Position numbers and translations under genes: made by a program. 64,000 nucleotides of DNA from Pavona decussata (taxonomy: Eukaryota). Under the pieces are notes generated by a model. That model saw only the letters and a program-made list of their open reading frames with translations, was not told the DNA's origin and ran no database searches. Of the stretch, positions 37,750 through 49,330 are shown one piece after another; within the stretch, counting starts at the first letter, position 1, and the number at the start of each line of letters is the position of its first letter. The stretch spans positions 4,650,001 to 4,714,000 of the forward strand of contig CDRNST010000123.1 in NCBI GenBank assembly GCA_977016875.1. Reading direction: 5' to 3'.

Positions 37750-40700
37750 GGAGGAGTATGGTAATGTTTTCAAACTGTCTCTAAAACAATGTTGTGGTTT
37801 TATTTTACTGTTGTAAATTGTTTATATTTCTTTAGATTTATTTCATGGTCGTGCTCAAATATTCATGTAAATAGAACAAAAATTTCTTACAAGAGATAAA
37901 ATTGAACCACAACATCTGGTAACATCTATGGCTGATTGCCTTCAAAGTAAAGGTGATGTCTACTAATTCCTCTCTTATACAGCATAAGTTCATTTACACT
38001 TTTTGGCTTTTCATTTTCGCTGTCAGCACACTGTACTAAATAAAATAAAGGAGAGCGATACAAATGGACGTTGGTGGATAAAAGCAGATGCCTGTGACTT
38101 GAGAAAGGGACAGAGGGAGTCGATGCATCATGAATGGGCAGGAGATAGCGACCTAGAAGTTGGAAAGCTGCAAGCACTATACCAGGACTACATGGCTAGA
38201 AGAGCATTCTATAGTGGCTTAGGATTAAAGGAAAGGCGTGTCAATGTGAAAGAAGATCTAGTACTAGTGATATCTGCTTTGGATGTAGATTTAAATTTTC
38301 TGAAGAGAGAAGAGAAAGCTGCTAAAGACAAATATGCAGCAAAGCAGCAACAGACAAATGCTTCTGAAGACAGCATGTTTGCATTGGCTTGGGAGTGTGA
38401 ATGCTTCTAGACTCTCATCAATGTCAACAAGGAACTCAAATCGTCTTTATCCAGCTTACATTCAAGAATGTCTGTGAGCCAGACATCTGGAAGTACTGCC
38501 AGTGATCTAACCAGTCTGCGTGAAAGGCTTCTACGCTATGCTCAGGACCTTTTTTCCAAGAAGAGGGAAGCTGCCTCTCATCTGATGGTGTTCATGATTG
38601 CCGATGAGAAACGTGACATGAAGCCCTATGCTGTTCCTGGGCGATTCATTCCCTATCACAGTGCAACTGACCAAAAAGTACGAGAACTCTGTCAAGAGCT
38701 GAGAAGTGTCATAGTGGATCCGGGAATGGTTGTGGTTGGTGAGTTTACACATTATAATAATAATAGAGTGATTTGCAATACTTGCATGTATGTGCCACTA
38801 TGTGCCCTATATCTTTATGATGAAGAGAGATTAAATGTGGTGCATTTGTTGCTTTCAAATACTGGGTCTGTGGACAAAGTGCTTCCACAATGTTACAAAT
38901 GAATATGTGTAGACTAACCCGCGTAAAGTTAGCATTATTACAACTCTGACAATTATGTCTTGGAGACTCCGCTTCCTACAGGTATATACTTGTTTTGTGA
39001 TTGTATAAATCAACAAACAATTGTGTATAGTGAGGTAAAAATTTACACTGTATTTGTTCTCGTAACACAGTGTAAACACTAAACAAGATAAATATGAACA
39101 GGAGTGCTATTTTTGGGAGATGTTAAAGTAGAAAAGGATGTAAGAATTGTTTGAAGAAACAGAAAAAATGACTTAAGAAAGGAAATCATTTCAACTCTTT
39201 TTTGTAGGTACAGTCACTGATAGGGAATTCAATTCTCTCCGCACTATGGGAGAAAAAAGGCCAATATCTGTTATTCAGCTCATGATGGACGCCAAGCAGA
39301 GACTCAAAGCATTAATGTGAATACCATATGCAAGTACATCGCACCAAAAAGGATTCAAGGTATTTTTTTTTCTGTCGTTTTTCTCGTGTTCTCTTCTTCT
39401 CATGCCATGTGTGAAAGCTGGACTAACAACAAATGCAGCCCCATAAGCTTTCATTCTCATTTGGAAAAGTGTAAGATCGCGATCCATATAAAACATCTAC
39501 AGTCATTAAAAAAATAAGCAAACCTAATGATTAGGTTTCTGCAAAGAGATATAAATAAAGAGCATTTCTGTGTTCAATTTCATTGTTGGGTCTGCTTGAG
39601 AAAAATTATATAGGTTTTTTGTCTCTGAGCGTTATAGTTATTATTTTCAAACAGGGTCCCGTGGGACAATTATTTCTGCACAGGCTTACCACCCAGCAGT
39701 GCCAGAGGAAGACATTGTATGGCTATATACGTTCATGAATGCTGATGGTTATCCGGTGCCCTTTGAAAGAGCCATCCATGTTATGAAGCGGAGGCTGTCT
39801 CCAGCCCATTATGATCCCCGTCCATGGGACCCAAAAAGTAAGTTCTCCATCTTGTATTTATATTTTTCTAATTAAGCACAGTAGTATGTCAGAAGGTAAA
39901 TTATGCGAAGAATCGGTTATAATTTAATATCACACACAGATACACAGGTCCTTGCCTGACCAATATGAAAAAATATGTATATTAAAAGTGACTAATCTTG
40001 ATGTTGATTTATTTCCTTAGAGAAAGAAGAGGATACCAAGGACTGTCGTAAGTCTTTGATGGCAACATATTTGTTCTGCTACAAAGTAAAGAAAATGAAA
40101 CAAGACATGGGTGTAGATTTTAGCAAAAATCTCTATCAGCCTGAGCAATGTGAATCTACTGATAAATTTATACATGAGAGAGATCACAACCATGTCCTAA
40201 AACGCATCACCGAATGTCTGCGTTCTGAAGAGATCACAGGAGTAGATGTCCGCCACTTTGTGGAAGCCCTTCATGATGCTGAATCTGGTAAGTTAATTAC
40301 AATACAGTTTTGTACACTCCACGATTTGCCAGTACATCACATGTACATGTCTCATTAAAAAATTCTGAACATTTCATCTTCTTGGGAATGTTTTGTTTTA
40401 TGGCGAACCATCATTTTTAATCTTTGATGCATTGTATAGTACTTCAACAAGCTTTTTCAGTACATAGAGAAGACTGTGTTAAACCTTGTTGTTAGAAAAA
40501 GTAACAGTTATATCACCGAGGTTAAAGGAGGGTATACATTTGCTTGGAAATTCCAGGCCAATTTCGGTGGACCAATTTGAATCACCAAGTATCCCAAAAT
40601 TTAAGTATAACTTTCATGGAGCTCACTAACTTGAAGACTTTGGACGTGCTGTTCATGCTTTCGAGGAACACCACCTGTTTTATTTTGTTTTTGATGGACA

Positions 40701-41084
40701 GTTTTTCTTTTGTTTCTTTGCTCCTTTGTCATACATGAACCATACACAGGAACATAGAAAATTAGAATCTCAAGTATAAAGACAAAAAACATTAGAAGAA
40801 AAACTTAACAGTGTGCATTAGTAACCCACAAAATTTATTATCTTTTAAGCACACCCTGGCATCCATCAATATATGAAGCAAGCTTTTTTCAGTGCGACAG
40901 AAAATAAATTTAAAACTTTTTTTTAACCTCGACAGGGAAGCAGAAACAGTCCGTTCAACACTGTGAGCAAATTTTCTCAAATGGTGTCCTGGATTTCATA
41001 AAAAGAAAATGGACATAGCTCAGAAGCACGTTTTGTTGAAGTTGTTCGAAACTGGCATAAGGCAGTTGATGGGAAGGGACTGAA

Positions 41085-44000
41085 CTGGAAGGAGAAAATA
41101 GATACTTGTGCCCAAAATGCAACAAGTCATGATTTAAAGCAGGAAAATCTAACGTCCCTCGAAGAACCTTCCACTACCTTCCACTTCGACTAAGACTTGC
41201 CAGAAGCTTAGGTTCAAAGGACATCTCATACTTACTGCAATGTCATGGTGGTGAATGTCAGTCGGTGGAAACAGGAGGCATTATGAATGATGCTCATCAT
41301 TCATCAAAGTGGAAGGAGGCTTATGATGACAATGGCACATTTCATGGTGATCCAAGGGATATTGCATTGTCTTTGTGTGTTGATGGACGTAACCCCTGGA
41401 GTAAAAACAAGGCAACATATTCTATGTGGCCAATTGTGTTAGGCCAGCTGAATCTCCCAAGGCAGATTAGATACCAGTTTGCAAATTTACTGCTTGTGGG
41501 AATAATTCCTAGTCAGACAGAAGGAAATGAGCCAAAAGACCTTGATCTCTATTTGGAAGTGCTTGTAGGAGAAATTATCTGTTTATGTGGTTCCAAGTTT
41601 TATGATGACTACAGGAGAGCGCCATTTCATGTGAAAGTTGAAGTCATGGTTTACATTCTTGACTACCAGGGACTTGGAAAGTTCTTCTCACTCACAGTCC
41701 CTGGATCTTAAAGAGGCTGTGCATGGTGTCTTCTGAAAGGGCAATACTGCAAGCACTTGAGTAAAGGGGTATATCCTGGAAATCGACGATTTTTGCCTCC
41801 AGATCATGAGCTTAGGAAAGACACTGAAAGCTTCCCTGAACATTCAGTTGAGGAGTGAGGCAGGCCTACATATCGCACTTTCCAACAAGATTTCAATTTC
41901 CACAGGGCATATGACAGTGCCAAGAATAAATCGCAGTCTAGTAAGTTAGCAACCGGAACAGGCTGTCGTGGCACGTACGTGCTTGCAAAGAAGCTTCCTG
42001 GATTCAATTGAGTGGAACAGAGCATGCCTGATGCAATGCATACTATAGCAGTGCAGGTAAAGCATCTACGTCGATGTCTTGCTGGGAAGGCCCCAGAGGA
42101 CTCTTTTGCTGTGAGAATGCAAGAGAAGTCATTAACCAGGTTTTAGGAGTCTTGGCCGACCTTCACCCCTGTTCCTACAGAGACAAAATCAACTTCTGGC
42201 AAGTCAACCAATGGAGGGAAAGGGAAAAGGGCAAGAAAGAAAAACAAAAGTGAGCATCAAAGTTCCAGTTCGCTGCCTCCTGCACCATTTGTTCTGACAA
42301 AAAAGCAAGTTGAAGAGGCTGACAGAAGAGCAAGACAAGTTGTTGTTCATTCCGTCCTCGCCCAATCTTTGCTCATATATCAAGAATGATCTCATATGAA
42401 TGGAAAGAGGTATTGCCAAATTGTGTTGATCACAGAAACCTTTAAGGGACTAAGGGAGCCAGAAGGAAATCAACGCTCCATTTGTCTTGATACATGTATG
42501 TACGGTACAACACAAACACTAACTAACCCTAACCTCTTGCCCGCTAGAGGAATTTGTGTAGTGTGCGAACACTCACTATATCCTTGCTGTGTCATTATAA
42601 TGGTAGACCCACATTGGAAGTTGATATGGCAAGTTGGATTATTATTCACTACAACATTTATTTCTTTTTTCCTGTTCTTGTACAATTTTACTTCTTGCTT
42701 TTTAAATTAAAGCCTGGTCTTTAAAAAGGGATAATTCTGTTTATTTTCTCTGATTACATGTTCTTGTGGTAGATTGCAGCACGAGGCATATTGAAGTACT
42801 GTTTAAGAGGCATGCTTGAAGGAAAACAATCTGAAGCCTTGGTCCTCTTCACAAATGCCATTGCAGCTGTGTTTGCTCCCTCCCAGGATGAATGCAAACT
42901 TTGCCAACTGCAGCAACAAGTTAGCAGCGATGGAGGGAGCTTTTCCATTGTCATTGCAGGTAAGCTAAGGTCTGGTTCACTAACAGCTATGAAGACTGTG
43001 GATCTATTGTGATGTATTAGAAGCTAGATATTATCAAATTACCTCATTAGAAGAAAGTTGCTTGTCTGCCTTAAAGTAGTTTGTATCTCAAAATTTGACA
43101 AGGGTGCAATGAAAGCTTCACGTATTGAACAAAATGAACAAAATTCAACTCGTGGCTATGCAGAAGGGCCTTGAGTAGGAAACATCCAGAGGCAACCATT
43201 CTAAGAACCTACCAGGTAATGCTAATTGGTTAATTTAGCCAGAGAGATGATGCAACTGTCATAGCATTGATAATGTTTACATGCACTGTAGTACAGTGCA
43301 TGTAAACATTGGGTCTATTTGGGTCTATTTGTTCCTCTTGTTATTATTTTATTCATATTGCCTTGGGAAAATGCTTGTCAGTGATTGGCCTCAAACAGTT
43401 CTTAAAATCAACTGAACTGATTATGACAGTGATTGACATTACTTGTGTTTACTGTCAGATTAGTTTCATTTTAGCATTGCCTTTGTATACCCATGTCATT
43501 ACAAAATATCTACCTAGTTGAAACAAAGAAACAGGAAAACACAAACAAAAGGAAATCGAAATGAAATACGCATTTTTTTAGTACAGTATTTGCAATTAAA
43601 CATGTAAAGGGTTCAATGACTTCCATAACTCTGCAATTATGCCTCTATACAACTGACATTGGACCCATAACAAAATTTAATATAACTTTTATTTGTTTTA
43701 CATTTTGCAGATCTTTGAGTGGTGCAATTATGTCAAGGTGACTGGACATATGAAAGATAGTCTCTCCTTTGAATTGCCAGTCCTTGGTGAAACTCCCATT
43801 GGTGAGACCTCATCTCAGAGACTGGAGGAAACTGAGATTGTGATTTCCCATGAAGACCTAAGACAGATGGAAGATGTCTACAAAAAAGAGCTCCCAGAGT
43901 TGAAATCTGTGATAAGGCAGTACAAATTGGAGGAAGAGAAAGCTCACAGAGAGCGACGGTTAAAGAAATTTCCAAAGTCGCTCTTGTAGTGGAGACCAGA

Positions 44001-46113
44001 GGGTGGCCAGATGGAGCAACAATGTGAAGATGCATTAACAGCTATTCGTGAATGCCTTCAGTCCACAGCTGTCACGCATCTTCAACATGTGATTGAAACC
44101 AAGCAGCACTCACGAGACTGCATGCCTTTATGTCTCCAAGCAGCATCCAAGCAAACGAGCAAGCATTGTTTACATAGCATCTCCATCTTTGGTGGAAAGT
44201 AAAGAACCTGGAAAGATGAAGTTTGGAGTGATTGACAAAATCTTTTAACACTCTTTTGACTCAAAACAGTTCACTTGGGTTGCTGTTAATGTATTTGAAT
44301 GGGAGCAGTTTGATTCACAGTGTGGTTTATGGTGGGCAGAGAATTGCATGCAGCAAAGAACCCTCAGTCATCTTTATAAAGTCTCTCATCCTCTAACCAC
44401 TGCAGTTGAGAATTCTATTATCTGGTTCTTGGATGTACCTCAGTTGGTAGTTCATTGGAGGGTTACCAGGGCAAGAAAAAATCCAGGTCTGATTGCCAGG
44501 GGCAAGTAAATTTTGAACTTGGGTAACTGAAAATAGAAGTTTGGTGACCCAGTGGACAAGTGAAGTTTGCCCAAAGTAGACTTGTGAATCTATCTGAAAG
44601 TATCAGCTTGATAAATGATAATTTCCAGTCAGGAACTATTTCAAAACTGCAGACTGCAAGATGAGCAAAACGGTGATTTGAAACCATGGTTTAATTTCAA
44701 TTCCACGGATATTTTCAAACAAATGGAAGGCTGAACGGCCAAGCACAAAATTAGAACGCAAGGAAAAGAGAAAGAGACAATTTGTCTACTAGGCACTGTG
44801 TATAATCAGTGATAGACTATACCCAAATAATGTGCTCCTTGGTACTTAAAATTAAGTAGGTGAAAGATACATGAGCTACTGCGAGCAGTTGATAAGGAAT
44901 GTTCCGTTCCCATTGGGCTAGTAATATTTAAGCTGGGGCAAGTAAAAACTGAAATTGACTGAGCTGGCCCACTGGGCAAGTGGTTTTCAAATTTTTTTCC
45001 TGCCCTGGTTACCCCTGTTACCAATATCCATTTATGAACCTGGGTAAAGAGAGACAAATTGTGAAGTCAAGTTATAAACCAACTTACAATGTACACTGCA
45101 GTGCAACAATCAACTCACCCTCGAAAAGTGCAACCTCAGAACTTCCGCCTTAAAGTTCAATTGACTCTTCCACATGCCTACATACTCACGAGATTTGTTT
45201 AAAACTGAAATGAGATGCTTTTAGTGGATGAAACTATTTTACTTTTCAAAATCAAGTCTTTAATGAACAATGTCAGCTGCAGGGATATTGAAAAATACAT
45301 TTAGGTGTTGAACTGGACTGTGGAGCTCTTTAATTTAAGTTTCCAACCCCGATTTCACCAATGGTTTTTAAGACATTGTGGTCTTCAACCTACAAAGTTA
45401 GAATAGAACGTTAATATAAACATAAAAAGACATGTTCTGGGAAACAATGGAGACAATAATAATAGTTAAGATACTATTACTTCAAAAGTTTTTGTTTTAG
45501 ATACAGAGGAATGTAACCCAGATCCATATAATTAGGAAGTTGTAGTACAATGTACTGAAGGTAACAGAGATCTGATGTACCAAACCACAGTTATATTTCA
45601 AGAGTACTGAACATGTATATTAGTCAGCTAGGCACTCTATAACATTGGGCCTCCACCATAGTTTTGAGTTGTTTACAAGCTTGAGCTTAAGTCTAACACC
45701 TTATACTGCATGTTCATGGTCATCTTTGATCAGTTAGCTTGAAATTTTATGCATGGTAGCGACTTCTATTTGTCCTTATATTCTTGATTATCTTTAAAAT
45801 AATGTAATAAATAAATTTTAAGAAGTCTGGTGTTAAAACATGTGTCCATATCAACAACACATAATTTATTCCTGGCATGTGTGGTGAATTTTCATGATTC
45901 CCACCTTTGAAGCATCAAATTCATGGAAAATTCATGATCCATGAATGTCTCTCCTAATCAAATGCATGGGTCATGAAATAAAATGCTACATTTTCATGGA
46001 AAATTCATGGCCACAAATAAGGCCATGAAATTTAATTTTGCAGTTTTCAGGGGCCATGAAATGCCTTTCATGGGGTATTCACAGAAAATTCATGGCATTT
46101 TCATAAAACTGTG
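41085..46113 (+). mobile_element. EnSpm/CACTA transposon, 5'-truncated, with degenerate intron-containing transposase and probable right terminus
   Basis: CPKC; ALSLCVDG.NPW....YSMWPI....NLP..IRY...NLLLVGIIP (Transposase_21-like); LDYQG; GCAWC; PDAMH. CATGAA-rich subterminal repeats at 45890-46105 end in ...aaaactgtg, a CACAG terminus on the minus strand. Confidence 0.8.
44467..45007. mobile_element. hAT-like MITE with a 5-bp TSD
   Basis: GTTAC|CAGGGCAAGAAAAAA ... TTTTTTCCTGCCCTG|GTTAC, with internal gggcaagt repeats. Confidence 0.8.
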
Positions 46114-46442
46114 GTTCAAAGTGATATCATTGTGCGGCATCCAGTTTTTAGTTGCGTGCAGCCATGCCTTCTATCACACCTGGATATCTATATGCCAGTC
46201 CATATGGTTTACAGAGCATCTATTGACAAGTTTGTGTCTTGTTTTTTCTATGTCGACCAGCACCATCTAATATACCATCCCAGTCTTTTGGCTTCTGCTT
46301 TTTAGTAGGGTTGTACACAAATTTATGTCATCATTTTCTGAGAGCTGTCAATTTGGGTTTTGTTTTCTATCACCCGCCTTAATTTTTATGCGGGTTGGAC
46401 GGTATGCTAGCCTGTGATAACATGCAGTGATAGCCGCTCTAC

Positions 46443-46925
46443 AATTGTGGAAACCACATAGAACTGTCGTGTGATAACGTGGAAAGAAGTAGTTTAGTAT
46501 CGTGTGACTGGATAGACCACCGCGTATGATAACAGGTCATGATAGCATTGCTATTGTGCGACCAACACAGAAAACTGGCGTGGGGTCAACATGTCTTTGA
46601 TAACCAAGCTATTCCGTGATTCAGATTGTGCGACCATCACAGAAAACTGGCGTCTGATGTATCGTGCGACCAACAGAAAACTGACGTGTATTACGTGCAT
46701 GTCATACAGTTAGTATGATGTGACTAAGATAGACCACCGCATGTGGAAACGTGTCATGATTGTGTTCCCTATTGTGCGACCAACACAGAAACTGGCGTAA
46801 AGCACTATCTTTGGATCGCTGCACTGTTTAATTCCATGATCAAAATGTACATACCACACAGAGAACTAGCATGTATCGTGCTATAAAGGTTACACTATTG
46901 TGCGACCAACACAGCAGAAGTCTGG
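46443..46925 (+). repeat. Irregular array of about 29-bp direct repeats ATTGTGCGACCAACACAGAAAACTGGCGT (repeated at +3599)
   Basis: Copies at about 46553, 46625, 46661, 46771 and 46896, with degenerate copies at 46443 and 46850. Confidence 0.85.
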
Positions 46926-47199
46926 TTTGCGACTACCCCACTCACTGAGGCATTGTCGGGCAGACTTATTGAAACTGTTTGTTTTTTGCAAGCTATTTTT
47001 GAGGGTATTTGCTTGCTTACCTGGCAAAATTGAGTACACCAATTCGTGACCTGCCGCATTAGCGTGATATCACTAGATTTAAGAGCACCTCTGATATGAA
47101 GCAATTTCTTGTTAGCATGTTGCATGCGATAAAGTGATGTCTTACACATCTGCTTGACTTGTTATCTGTTTCTTATTTCCTGTCATTCCGTTTACACTC

Positions 47200-47750
47200 A
47201 GGAACTTGCCGGCTTGGAAAAAGAGCTGAAAGGAGAGATTAGTTTTCTAAAAGGGACCAACCACACACAGCGGTTCAGCCGTTTGCGTGACAAACTTAAG
47301 GTCTATTGTCACGTCATCAACTTCAACAAAACAGTTGCCCTGAACAAACTACGGGCCACCTTAGACGAAGCACGCTTGTTAAAGGCGTACGACACGGCAA
47401 AACTGTCAGCTCTATGGGACAGACTCGCCTTCGCTAAACAAGCTGATCGCCAGGTTGACCTACGTGCCACCAGTTTTGCCTGTTTGGCATCTGAGGCTGA
47501 GCGGGAGGCCGACAAACTTGTCTGTTGTTACGAACAGTGATCCACCTCCAGGCAACCAGTGCAGTTTCGTGGGGAACGCTTTCAAAGCTCCCAAGGTTTC
47601 AGACACGACTTGAATGACGCCGCAGCGGTGCTTCTAGCGACAAATGTTTCGCTTGTGGCAAAGCTAGCCACTTGCCTGTGATTGCCGTAAATGGCACGAT
47701 CAACCACCCCCCAAAGAGCTGTGCACAGATACAATAATAAAAGCTTGGTT
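47200..47750 (+). pseudogene. gag-like relic with a degenerate CCHC knuckle (DIRS/Ngaro-like by inference); second copy at 50799-51349
   Basis: Helical ORF ELAGLEKEL...EAEREADKLV, then KCFACGKASHL at about 47642-47675, then aataaa. Confidence 0.5.
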
Positions 47751-48744
47751 CTTATGTATTCAATTCATTACCTGTGTATCTCTCTATTGTCCTAGTTCCA
47801 ATGACACACTCTGTCATACATTATCTTTCTTCTGTTCAAGTCATGCTGCCAAATTCTATTGTGCGTGCACACCTGTGTTATGCTGTTATCTTGTGTTGCA
47901 TGTACACACCTGTGTCTTGCTGTGATCTTGTCTTGCATGTGCGCATGCCGTCCTCATGTCTTGCACGTGCCTTGGTGCTATTCTGTCAAATTGTGTTTCA
48001 CGTAGGCACCTATGTCATGCTTCTATCTTGTGTTGCTTGTGCGCACCTCTGCTTTGCAGTCATCTTATTTCGTTGTGAAGCAAGGCTAATCAATTTGTCA
48101 GCCTGAAGACCCGAGCGGAGCTAAGCAGTGTAAATTAAAGTGAAAAACACATTTAAATGTATATAGATCAGTGCGAATTTGTAATAATGTGCTCACTAGG
48201 TCCGGGCATGAAGCCGGGCACCCTCTGGCTTCATGCTCCTGTGGTGATCTAAACTTGAGGGGGCTACCAATGGGTGAGATTGCACAGGGTGAGGGCTAAC
48301 TGCTGGGGGGTGGCTCAACCAAGGGGGGTTTTCCTTGGGATAATAAGATTGCACGTTCTTTGTACGTGAAATAGTTTTTTATCCTCATGACTGGGAAAAG
48401 AAAATTGAACGTTATTAATAAAAGATTACTTTTTTTATCCAAATGTTTGGCTAAAGAGGAGAAACATCTTCTGGATCGCTACTCTAAGGGACTTCACCCA
48501 TTTATAAAGTCATCAATAACTGCAGGGAGGGCGTTTTCAGCTGAGGACTTAATTCGCCAGTGGAAAGCAGATACGCAGCCTCCTGCTGATGGCAACACTG
48601 AATCTGGTTCACCCCGTAAGAAAAAGCGGTTAGAGTCCAAAACAAGCACAAATGACAAGCCCAGAAAGTCGAACAAGGATAAGGCTCACCAAAAGAAGAG
48701 TATAGATTCATCTTCTGCTTTGGCTGTTCAGGAGATCATTGCTT

Positions 48745-48929
48745 CCCTAGTAAAAACGGTATCACGTTGTGATCACAAATCACGGCTGTGATCACCGGCG
48801 TGACACTCCTTTCACCGTGATCACGCCTTCAGCAATGCGTAATTGGAGTGATCACACCCGTGATCAGGGTGTGATCACTCCACTGACCGTGATTCTCTAC
48901 AGAGATAGCGTGATCACGGGTGGTTAGGG
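48745..48929. mobile_element. Small element with CCCTA...TAGGG termini and GTGATCAC repeats (second copy at 52344-52528)
   Basis: Multiple exact or near GTGATCAC palindromes; it truncates ORF 48387. Confidence 0.55.
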
Positions 48930-49330
48930 TAAAATTGAAAATCAAAAACATTACCATCTCATACAAATAGTCCAAAATATCTGTTAACACTAATGGAGTA
49001 AAAAAAAATCATATTCCAGTAAATTAAAGATGTGGTTTAATGACAGCCGAATGACTTACCGCACTAAACTCAGGAGAAATTTGAATCTTTCTTTCACAGT
49101 GCGTGTCGTTCTGGTCTTTCGTTATTGTAACTCTCTGGTTTCGTGGTTCGTTTTTGTTTTTGTGCGTCAAAAGCTTAATCTGCAATATATACGTGTTTTT
49201 TTTCTGTGTTCATCAGTCCTGTACAACATTTTATAGCAGCTTATTAAACGACTAACAATGAATATTATTTGGAGCATAATATTATTATGTTGCCTTCTTT
49301 GTGCTCGATTCATTTTACTTACTCGATCCA

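Larger units (their letters stand above)
28239..41085 (+). pseudogene. Large multi-exon P-element-like transposase pseudogene, interrupted by the Academ element
   Basis: Motifs in order: WWIKADACD (38070), AASHLMVFMI...KPYAVP (38570), GMVVVG|TVTDREFN (intron; 39210), DHNHVLKRI (40180, DxxH) and ARFVEVVRNWHKAVD (41030). Removing Academ restores ...MSPRRSM|GT. Confidence 0.6.
45732..49330. repeat. 3599-bp near-identical tandem duplication, copy 1
   Basis: All paired ORFs are offset by exactly 3599; only scattered SNPs differ. Confidence 0.97.

Noticed and set aside
46443-46925. CRISPR array
   Set aside because: Eukaryotic context, irregular spacing, degenerate repeats, partly related spacers and no cas genes.
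48100-48130. CTGAAGA as a hammerhead core
   Set aside because: No stem II followed by GAAA, and no stem I pairing.
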